NCBI GenBank assembly: GCA_051294375.1 | Contig: CM119265.1 | Coordinates: 12,888,124 to 12,952,123, forward strand | Reading direction: 5' to 3' | Length of the DNA: 64,000 bases | DNA from: Paraspadella gotoi | Lineage: Eukaryota > Animalia > Chaetognatha | Part shown: positions 49,001-60,281 of the stretch, piece by piece | How positions within the stretch are numbered: position 1 is the stretch's first letter | How the letters are laid out: each line of letters starts with the position of its first letter | Translations under genes and position numbers: made by a program | Notes under the pieces: model-generated | Told to the model about the DNA's origin: nothing | What the model saw: the letters and a program-made list of their open reading frames with translations, nothing else | Database searches by the model: none

Positions 49001-52000
49001 GGGTCGCAGATCCAGCTGATTTGCTATCAATGGGAGTAAATCCGCGTTCTTCGCCAATGCCGCCTGAGGCAACCGGCGGGGTTGGCTTCGATTTCGTTGC
49101 AGTTGGAAGGTCGCGGAAAACTTCCCGGTCCAGAGGTGCCAGGGGACTCTGAGAAAAAACGGATTTTCATAAAATCTAGTGTTGTTTAATTAGGCAAAAT
49201 TAGGACAAGGACATTATTCGTTCTCGTTACTTTGGGGGACGCAGCCTCACTCGCTACCATTTCGCTGTTAAGACCCTCCGGTAACGTCATGGGCGTCGTT
49301 ATAAATTACTATCAAAATAGTTAATAGTAATGTTTATTTATAAGAAATGCTATTATTCTATTGGTTTTCTCTCTCTATCTTTATCTCTTAATTCTCGCAA
49401 ACGTTTTAGCTCTTTTTCTTTTAATAAAGCTTATCAAAACGTTGTCATTTTTATTCTAACGAAAATAATCATTTCCTCATTGACTGTAAAGAGAAAAAAT
49501 CCTCTTCATTAGACATCTACAAATAAGTATGTGGCAGTATTTTCAATCTTAATGGCTCTGAGGGTGAACGCACCATCCCAACCACAGTCCTAATGACTTG
49601 CCTCTGTGTTGCCAAAGCAAGACCGTTCTAGGGTAAGCGCGCCAGTGGCAGGCGGCGCCTCTTATGGTCGGAAGCCCCTTAAGCCAACAGCGAGATGCCC
49701 CATCCGAATGGGCTTCAACGGCAACCCGGCTGTTACTATAATAACTTTTAAAAATTTTACTTACTGATTTAAAGATCGTCAAAAGCGTGCAAAAACATTA
49801 CCAAGATTGCAGGATTTTTACCAAGATGTCCAAACAAAAACATTAAACAACAAAACACGAAGAGTTATCATCTCGAAATTTGGTCTGCATGCGCCCCCAC
49901 GACAAATCTCGGGATCCTTTAAAATACTATTATATCGTCTGACGCACTTTATTTACGAACCTGATGAAACATGGTGGAATTGGTACTGCCAGACTGCCCC
50001 TGGGCGGCGTCTGGAAGAAACTGACCAAATTCCGACAACAAATCCTCCTGATGCTGAAAGAGTTCGGCGACGCGCCCGTAGACTTCGGACTCGGTGAGGG
50101 TGAAACCCGAGCCAACGCCTTCCTTTAAATTTCTCTGCTCCTTTTGGTATGTGTGAAGAATTTCCAGGAACGCCTTATAAATTTCGGGTTGACTCTGGAA
50201 GCGATTCTTTATTTTGTTGACGTAGTTGATGGCGTGGTTGAACTCGACGGGTTGCTGTCCAGCCGCGGGAATTTGCCCAGCGACGGCGGCGGCAACTGAC
50301 ACGGCAGTGGCGGCAGAGACCGCGGCAACTGCGGCGGCGTTAGCAGTTAGCGAGGCGGTAGGTTGAGACTGGGCGAGAGTCGTTATCAGAGGAGCCTGTG
50401 CGGCCGAGAGAGGTCCGACGCCAGGGGCAGAAGAGGCAGAAGCATCACTGGACAGCGATACCGAGGGCGGAACGACGAGCGATTGAGGAGAATGCGAGGC
50501 CACAGTGTTGACAGGTGCCAATCGGATCGTTGGCGATGGAGGATGAGGTTGAATCAGGTACGAATGCTAAAAGAATCATGGAGAATTAACCCTGGAGGTT
50601 ATTTTACGTACCATCGTATAATTACTGATTAATGCTAAGAAATAATATTAAAAAAAGTCCTTCATTCATCCATTCATCCATGTATAAAATTAAAATTTTA
50701 GCGGTACCTGATTACTAAAATAATTTGAAGACATTAAATAAAGTTCTTGAGCTAACCTGCGACGTAGCAAGGTGAGACTGCAGAGGAACAGGGGTCTGAA
50801 CATGTTGCCCAGAAGGAGGTTGTGCCGTGACTGGAGCGGGCGGCCCGATGTGCGTGGCGCAAGCCGAAAGAACCGACGACGTAGCAATGTTGTTATTGTT
50901 TAACGGTATCTGTCCTCCCGGGTGGGCAGAGCCACCGGTACCTTGACCCACTCCCAGAACACCCGTGGTTACTACGCCCGCCGACGTCGTTGGCTGCGTC
51001 AGCGGCCGTCGGCGAAACGAGTTGGGCGTCACGGTGTGGACGTTGTATCCCATTTGGTTTTCGGTGGTGCTCTCAACTTCGATCTTGTATCCAGGAGGCA
51101 GAAAAGTATTGAAGCCGATTATGAGGTCGGGATGACCCTTAAATAACTTCGAGACTCGATTGATGACTCCTGGCGTATCGATGCTGAGAGAGAAAATAGA
51201 AATGAAATAAAATCTGTTATTTCACAGCGCACATTCGAAAAATAGTTACCTTTGCGACTTGAATTCCTTCATGATGTCCAAGAAATCATTGTAGACCTGC
51301 GGCTGATTCCCGAACTGTAGCTTCACCTGGTCCAAGTACGACAGCGCGTCCTCGACTTTCAACCTTTGAAATTGTTGTTGTTGCTGTTGCCCGGCACTGG
51401 GAGCTGTGCGAACTGGCTGGTTGACTTGCGGAACGTGAGTGGCCGAGGGTGCTCCGGCACCAATGTGATTGGATTGCGAGTGCGGAGCAGAAGGTGGTCG
51501 ATGATTTGGTGGAGCGAGGATATGAGCGTGACCAGCTACAAGGTGAGGCGCTGGTGACTGACTCGGGTGACCCACAGAAGATGTCATAGTCTTTCCCTCT
51601 GTCGACAATAGATTCAGGGGAGTGGATTGCGAAGCGTGAACGGCGGCGGCGGCGGCGGCGACAGCGCCGCCGCCGCCAGTCGAATGCAGTAACTGACTGG
51701 ATAAAGAAGGCGCCGGGGTGTGACCGAGTGGTAAATGGGATGGGGGAATCACGTGGGGGGTTCCCGCAGTTGGCGTTTGAATGTGAGTGATTTGAGCATT
51801 ACTCGTCAATGTGTTCTGAAGGTACTGATTGAATGTGTCTTGGAACTGTTTGTTGTCATTTTTATTCTGGAGGGAAGAAAAAAGGGGCCGGAGAAAAAAT
51901 TAAAATGAGTTAATTAAAGTCAGATATTCTCTGATTTAAGAAAAAATAAGTATTTCGCCGCAAAAAATGTGATAAAAATTCGTAAGAATTAACGTAATAT

Positions 52001-52814
52001 TCAAACTGGTTTTGAGATAAGGAAATTGAACGGTGGTCTCGAGAAATTTATGCCGCGGAATTCACGAGAGTTGGAGAAGGCTCCAGCTGACGGCGGAACC
52101 GGATTGGCGGAGTAAGAAATGTTTCCGAGACGTTCATTGGACAAACGAACCATACTATCCTCTGGCCCAGGCGAGGGAAAGAGGCACAATGCAAAGCTGA
52201 AGCTCGGAGCAGTGTGTTCGGGTTTGTCCAGCAGTACCAGCGGCAGGAGCGACGGCAGCATGCTACGTCCAAGAACCTTGCACGCAACAGAAAAAAACGC
52301 TTGAAAACGTTTCGATTGAAAATAAGCAGATTTTAAAAATTAAATTCAGTCTCAACATATAAGCATTAATTCACTTTGAATCATCGAAAATTAGATCATC
52401 AGGCGTGGGACTCGAAAGGAAGGAAAAAGGCATACATCCTTTACTAAAGGCAATCGGAGAGGCAAGCATCGAAGGCGGGTTATTAAAGTAGGCGGTCGTG
52501 GTATCACGAGTGAGATTTCGGCTGGAAGGCTGTCAAGGCGCTAAGAAAAGAAAGAAGGAAATTCTAGGACAGGCACTGGGATACCAGGATCCTTAGCTCG
52601 ATTCAACGAAGAATGATCCTCTCTTCATGCAACTCTGCGTTTGATTATAAAACGTGCATCGCTGAAAACAAAAATTAGCTGGTTTAAATCTAAAGAAATA
52701 GACCAATGAACTTAAAAGTGAACAAACAGATTGAATTGAACGGTACTATTAAATTGTCCACAAAATTGGGAAAAAAATAATTACTAAGAGTAACGTAATC
52801 TTTTATTTTAAAAA

Positions 52815-52845
<31 letters not shown>

Positions 52846-53568
52846 AAAATAATTACTAAGAGTAACGTAATCTTTTATTTTTTCTTTTGTAATAGTGACT
52901 GAAATTTCTTTGCATGATGTAAGAAAATACAATGTTTCACAAGTTATCGAATTCAATTGTAAGAGTGTCTCATTAACGAAAACGTAAATTAATTTATTTA
53001 AAATTTTGACAGCTATTTAGTTTCAGTGGAGAATTTCCCTTCTTTTAGCAATTCATCCACAACATCAAAATTCAAACAATTTCACCAAAACCTTTTCGAA
53101 ACAGAACCAAGGGATTGACAATTTGGTCGGACCATCACATTTTCTTTTAAATCATTTTTGAAATCTATAGAGATTATCTACGGTACATAAGTTATATTTA
53201 GAACCAAAATTTAGTTATGAGACTCAATGGTAAGTTAAGATAGTGAAGAAGCTTACCACTCTGACGGCTTGTATGTGCTGTGTCTGGATCGGCGGGTGTT
53301 GCAAAGCGACGTGATGACCAGGGGGTGGCAGGGCAATCCTATCGGGTTGCGTTGGAGGTTGAGTCCCCACAGACACCGGATGACCATGCGGAGAGTGCGT
53401 GGCGAGGCGGGAAGACGCGCTGACGCCGATCGGAACGTGTAGTGGTACCGTCGGCGTAGGAGCGCTCGGAGAATGAGTTATGTTGAGAGCAGCATTGTTA
53501 GTCGTTGGCGCAGAGTATCCCGAAGAAAACAGAGGGGTGCTGCCCGTAGGAAGTTTGTTCGACGCCAT
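43014..53568 (-). CDS. SIN3A: Paired amphipathic helix co-repressor SIN3
   Basis: PAH1 [37 protein letters not shown] and PAH2 [38 protein letters not shown]3 ..[78 protein letters not shown]-terminal [21 protein letters not shown] and [11 protein letters not shown] at 53568, stop at 43014. Confidence 0.96.
44379..45668. mobile_element. Non-autonomous Tc1/mariner-type element (MITE) in a SIN3 intron
   Basis: 25-bp TIRs CAGGGTAGTGA(T/A)TCAAAACTTAGAA with 1 mismatch, TA on both sides and no transposase ORF. Confidence 0.85.
52772..52880 (+). repeat. Local ~36-bp direct duplication separated by a (TAA)n microsatellite
   Basis: AAAAATAATTACTAAGAGTAACGTAATCTTTTATTT occurs twice, flanking (AAT)7. 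Confidence 0.8.
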
Positions 53569-54529
53569 TTTCAGCACGAAATAAAAACCCACTCTCGCTC
53601 CTAGTGAAAGAGAATACCCACAAACGGGAGTTTGAATCTCCGGCTAAAATAAACACTTTTCTTCAAAATTGGCGTATTTTGTCGAAGAAAAGATGACGTC
53701 TCATCCGTTAAATCGAAGGAGGAAGCCGTTCTTCGCTCGCCGATTGCGAGTGGAGTCCATTGGGCGATATAGATTCTGTCATAGGGAAAGGTCAATAAAT
53801 TTTATAAATAAAGTCTAAGTATGGTCTCTTGGCGATTGAAGACGAAAAATCATCTGCTTCCTGATTAAAATTTAATGCGAGAATTCAGCGAAATGTGTCG
53901 ATTATTACTTTTAAAACGTCGGCTAAGAGTGAAAGAAAAAAAGGGGCCGAGGGTCGCTTTTTTTACTTTTTCTCAGCGAGGGAATCCTTGAGGCATCTGT
54001 CCGCCGCACACAACCAACGTATAACTAAATTGAAATCCGACGGCAGCCTCAGCCGCCGCTGCGGCGGGAGCGACGGATGCCTCTGCCGACACCACCACCG
54101 CGTCCGCTAACTGGTTGCCTGCTTTGCAACGTATGCAACGAGCCAGGTCGTGCTCTCCCTCCTTCCCTCCATCACGGGCAAAGTCTACCCCCCCATATTA
54201 GCCCATTCAAAATGAAAATTTTACGATTTATGTATAATATATAAACAAATATTAATTATAAAATAATAATCGAGACTACTAATTTTATAGGTTAGTAGAA
54301 ATATTTTTTTTTCCTAACAAGGGCCCGCTTACATTTCAGGCCACAACTTGTCTTAAAAGCTAAACATCTAATACCAAATAATTAAGAATATTTTAAAGGT
54401 ATGAATACAATAGTTGGCTAGGTAGGGCACACGAAAAAAAATCCTTACCCAAGAAATTTTCACCGCAATACTTCTTTACGTCTTAAAATAAAACTAACCA
54501 TAAAAAATGTAATACAATAGTAGAATCCA

Positions 54530-54765
54530 GCCGACGTGACGCTTATCGACGCGAAATTCGAAGAAGAAATGTCAGATTTAGCAAAATTATTTCAGTTAAT
54601 TAACAGGGACGAAGAAGGATGCGCCAAGATCAGGTACCATGACGTCAAAGTCTCGGGCTGTTTGGGCAAATGGACCAATCGGAGATCAGTATTGTTTTGG
54701 CCAATCAAAGTGAAGTTAAGGGAGATGAGGCCATTCATCGCCGCCGCAAGTAAATGGCGCTAAAT
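54530..54765. promoter_or_regulatory. Promoter/enhancer motif cluster upstream of SIN3
   Basis: Full CRE TGACGTCA (54640), half-CRE TGACG (54537), two CCAATC boxes (54674, 54701) and a YY1-like AAATGGCG (54752) in a GC-elevated island. A second GC-rich block lies at 54040-54180. Confidence 0.55.
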
Positions 54766-57700
54766 TCGTTGCCGATCACTGGTTTTCTCGCGGTTTGCGC
54801 AAAGTAATTGATATTATCTACATCTGATATTATATCAGGCTAAGTTAAAAAACTAAACTCGTCGAAAGGCTATCTTATCTGGAAATTAAATCGCAAAAGT
54901 AACGAGATTATTACACACAAAACATTCATAATCTAAAACTTATTTGACAGTGAAATTTTAAAACGATTATAAATGAGAAATGCACATTAAAATTTAAACT
55001 TATATCCTTACAATGAAAAGCGAAAAAATAAAAATAAGTTATGATTCAAAAATATATATTCATTTTCAAAATATCAAGGCAATATGTAAAACAACTAGCT
55101 AGTGGGCATGTACGTATTATGGAAAAAAGAACTGAAGTAATATGAACTAGCTCAAGTATATGAATTACTCCTGGGCAATACTAATGTCATGAGATAAGTA
55201 CATGGATCAATTTCAAGATATTGTATATTCATTAATGCAGTTGGTACGCAGCACAAGGAAAATTACATTTGCAAGACAATTAGTTATAGTGACCAAGAAC
55301 AGCTGAAACACATGGGCAACAATTAAAAGTTATATTTACTTAACGAAAGACGTTAAGTATCAACCAGAACTAGCATCAATTTATAGCAATTTAACGTCAA
55401 CATTTTTATTAAATTTTAATCATACAAATACATACTTTTGGAAAAAAAAAACAAAAAAAACTTTGATTGCATTTTCAATTCGATAAAGTCATCGAAAAGT
55501 AGGTTTTCCCATACCACGTATACTACTGTATTAGGAGATTTTGACATAGCAAAGAAACATTTCTTCCCATTCCTTCTTCCTTATAAAAGCGAAAGTCTAA
55601 TTGTGAACATGTGGTAGATAGCGCATGAGCGGACTTGCCCAGTGACAGAACTGATTGATCAGACGCTTTGTCAGCTCACAATCAAAGATGCCAATTTTAA
55701 CTCTGAGGTAATCGATATTGAGCGCTTTTAGCTTTTTTTTAAAAAAAGGGGGAAAAAAGGCAAATCATATCAGCTAGCAAAGTATGGAAGAAAGGCTCAT
55801 AAACATTATACAAGATCACAGCTGCACCAAGTTGGATTTATATAGTTTTGAAAACTAATTCCACTCGATATATTTAAGTTAATGAGAAATATTTTAATAA
55901 AAAAAATCTAAAGCATGAACGATCGTGTGTCAAGTCCTCTGAGATATTATAAGACATTTAAGCATATTTTAGCAGCATTAAGTTTTTTAATGACGGCTTC
56001 CATTATTGCAGATGACTGCAAAAAATTAAGATAACCGTACGAGACAAAATTGAATAAAGAAAGAACCATGCATCATTCATAAACGGTCCAAGGCGTATTA
56101 TAAACAATTTTTCTTAATCTAAGCACAATTTAAAAATTCGAATGCGTCAGAAATACGTGTCAGGAATTTTAAACAGTGGCATTTATAATAACTAAGACTT
56201 GTAGATCAACAGTGGATATGACAGTCTCCAATCGCAATGTAAAAGGATCGAAACTATCTAGAATTTTAACAAACTACTATAGATTCTCTCAATTCAAATG
56301 AGTATAAATATAAAATTTGTTGTGTGATGAAAACGTGTTTCAACTGCACTTGGTCGAATTTCTAAACAAAGTTACGATCAGGATGAAAAGTGGGAGAAAC
56401 GGTGAAAAATAATGCAAACCTTGGCATTGGACCATAAAATAAAGTTCATCATGTGAGACCCCATCTATCTAAGGTAACGAACTAGAAAAACCGGAATTTC
56501 AAAAATCTAACGGGATTTTCGACCGGCTAAATTTTTAAATGCGTTATGCAATATGTGATCGTTATTTCGATAAAGACATCAACTGAGTATAAATTGAATA
56601 TGCATAGGCCAAAAAACCACAAGTAATACAGACATCTGTGATGATTTGATGTTTACTCTACGCTATAAATGATTTGCGATACACGGTTGGTTAATTCGGT
56701 GAGGATTTTATCTTTTTAGCAAAACTTGAGACTATAATAATCTAATTAAAAATACTAAAATGTACATTATTTACTATAACGAAAGATTAAAAATCTTAAC
56801 AAAGCAACAAAAGATCGTTTTACAATTTTTTAAACTTTTTAACGTGGGAAGAATAAATTAGCAAACAATGATTCTTAAACAAGTGAAATAATATCAAAGA
56901 TACTGCAGCATATCACTTATGTTGTTCAATATGATTACACACGAGAAAAATCATGGATACGTAACGTGGCAATCTTTTACAAATATCAATACGATGCACA
57001 AACTTTAAAATCAATTGTTATCATATATACCATAACAGTGAAAATAGGGATTTCACATGACAACATTTCGTATAGACTGAAATAAAACTTATTTGTGTAC
57101 AGCAAGCAAATCCACAAAGGCAAGCTAGGAGCAAACTTAAAGTTCAGTCAGTAATTAGCAAACCAAATGACAATTTTTTACTTGTCTATAGCATGAAAGA
57201 ACAAGAAATGATTATATTTGCTAACACCAGAATTTGTGTGTAAAGATTTCAAAATTAATTCAATGGCGAACACAAATACGTGAGACATTACCAGCCTTAA
57301 GATATAATACTGGTTAATATAATATGATTTTACTTATTTTTAATTTTCTACTGAGTAAATATCAACTCGCATCAACTATTATAAATTTTAGATCTTGTTT
57401 TGAAATCATAAAGCCAAAAGCATACTATCCTGAGTATTGTTAAAATCCTTGGAGAAAAGCATGAGAACTAGGACACAGGGCCCAAGACATGTAAATATTA
57501 ACTAACATTTTAACATATAGGGGAGATTTCATTTTACCAATAATCTTGTAAGGCAGAAAAATAATATCGGACAGAAGTTATAAAATAAGGTGATATTGAG
57601 GTAAGATGACAATTCTGGTGCAACTACCAAGACTATATTCTACTAAGAAAAAAAAATACCAAAACTGCATGCTAATCATGTAGTGTTTGTGTAAATTCAA

Positions 57701-60281
57701 AACTACCCTAAAAAGTAGATTTGAAAGATATGGATAAGTGGGAAATTAACTGACGTCAGCAACCACACAAGAGGCTAAATTTCAGCAAACGGAACGGTCC
57801 AACAAATCTTTACGAGGTCTTTCGAATTAATGGATTCACTATCCATTCTAATATGACGATGTTTAGTTTCAAAAAAATTGAAATATTTACGAACGCAGCA
57901 GGGCAAAAAGAGTTCCATAAAGAAAAACTCGCAAATCCATGTCACAAATTAAAAATTTAGAATAAGATCAGCCTTGTAACTATTTTGCAGTAAAGCGAAA
58001 TTATAGTTGTTTTAACGGCGCAATTGGAAAAATAAAAACTGCTTCATCGAAGCGACATTAAAACGATATTACAAAGGAGGCAATAAATACAAAAACTTAA
58101 TTACAAAATTACTGCTCACAGTAATAGCAATCTAGTCAAACTCGTTAAATATAATCCGGTTAATATTTGAAACATTTTAAGTCTCCGCTTGATAAAAGCT
58201 TTGATCATTTAATTAATGTGCAAAATTGAAACAACACAAGTTTTTCGATAAAAGAATTGCACGGGGATCATGAAATGTGGCATGGTGCAAGATGACGTGA
58301 CACATTTTTTTTCTGGCTAAGAGCGGGAGATGGTAAGTCTAGAAGCCAATAAACATTTCAAAACCTAGGCAGATCTCCCCAGTTCAATGATAGTTAGGTT
58401 TTCAAAGTAATTTCTTCTAAAACAAAATATTGAGAATGCAAGAAAAGTGAAATTTAGTGACTACATAATGACAGCCTTTCGAGGCATAAATTAACCTTTA
58501 CAATTTAAAGTAACAACAAAGAAAATACCGAAATAAAAAATTCGAGAGCAACCAGTGAAAAATACCTAAATCGAAAAATATGTCAAACAAAGATTGCAAA
58601 AAAAAAAGAAAAAAAAAAAGACGTGTTGAAAATGAGCATTACTTACAGTGTACATGAGCAGTTACATACATTGCAAAAAGTTGCTAATTCCGGCTTACGT
58701 CTCATATATTTACGGTTGAATGAATACTTGACATAAACCGACAAAGGCAAACTTTCACAATGTGAATAAACAGAGTTTACTCCATACGTAATGTTCGCTT
58801 TTAACAGAAAAACCGCGCTTGTATTAACTCTTAGCAATTACGAAAAATTCATTGGTAATGGTAGGAAGAATCTGGTACTTTGGCAAGGTTTCGCAATTAT
58901 GATCATGCAATCAAATTATTGTTATTATTGTTATTAACCACTGAGAAGAGGCAACAGCAAATCAAGACTACGTTATAATGGTGTGAAGAAAACGATGGCT
59001 CTGAGGTCATATTTAAGAACATCTCATCAACAACATCGACACACAATTATGCAGCTTAATTGCGGAAAAGGTTTACAAAAATTGACAAATCGGTACGATA
59101 ATAAAATTTTGACTAGATATGATTCGAATAAAAATTTATATTTGTGAACAATCTAGAGCAAATAATCTAAACGACAGCATATAAAATTCAGTTCAATGCA
59201 GCACAAAATCTTTTTCTAAAGCTTCTCGTGGATTTACATACAATGGTTCAATCGATTGTTTTTATTTTTAACTGTGAGCAAACATGTTTTTGATTGATGT
59301 TTGTGTGGTTTCATATACTATTTCTGCAAAGATTTTATCATTAAAGTACGTGGCTTAGAAACAAGGTACATTGGGACGATCATCAAGTTAGAGAATAGGA
59401 GCAGTACCCATAAACGCCCAGTGGGGGGCATAAGGAAGAACGAGTTGAATTAACGAAAGAATCTTTAGAGGCATCAGTGATGATTATTTTAAATCAAAGC
59501 TAAACATATGCAAATCAATCAGCAGTTGGAAAGTTAGTGTTCAGCAAATTTTCTATGTCTTAATTTGATGTTATCACAGCTTTTCATCATACTTCATGGT
59601 GAATAGAAACTGTCGTAAAATACAAAGCATTCGGAAAGATTGAGAGGTGACAGATACATACAAAACAGAGCGCATTATCCTTTAAAACATTTGGCAGCCT
59701 CGAGAATGTTAAGCAGACAACGAAGTAAGAAAACTAGTTTTCACGATTCCCAACGTTTCTTCCTGTGAGGTATCAATATGTACGCCGGCATTACAAACCT
59801 GTTAAATGCTGTTGCCGGAGTTTATGTGGTTTTTTTCCAAGAACAATTGAAAGGCCTAAATATCATTGAGCTCGAGTTCTTCTCTACAAAAAATTCATAT
59901 TAATGAATAATGCGATAATTGGACTTGCCTCTGCTGCTAATCGAAAGATAATGTTGGTGTTCTTTTAGCTTAAACTAAACAGGCAGAAAAAAGCTACGAT
60001 TTACAGTAGACGGGGCAGGAAAACACTTAACACCTCTTTCATTTTAGATAAAAAAAAACACTATAAATTCAAATAAAGTCTAAATTAAAATAGGGGAAGT
60101 ACGAAAAAACCAAAAAGGGAGGACGAAACCAGACAGCCATCACGAATGTCCAGCTAGGAGAAAACGAAATCGCGAATCAGGTGGGATTTGGGATTCCACT
60201 GGCTTCCGACGGGGGATTCCGGGAGTCTGGGTTGGTGGTGCTGGGGGGCGAGGCTCTGGTCAGGGGCCTCGTGACCTCACA

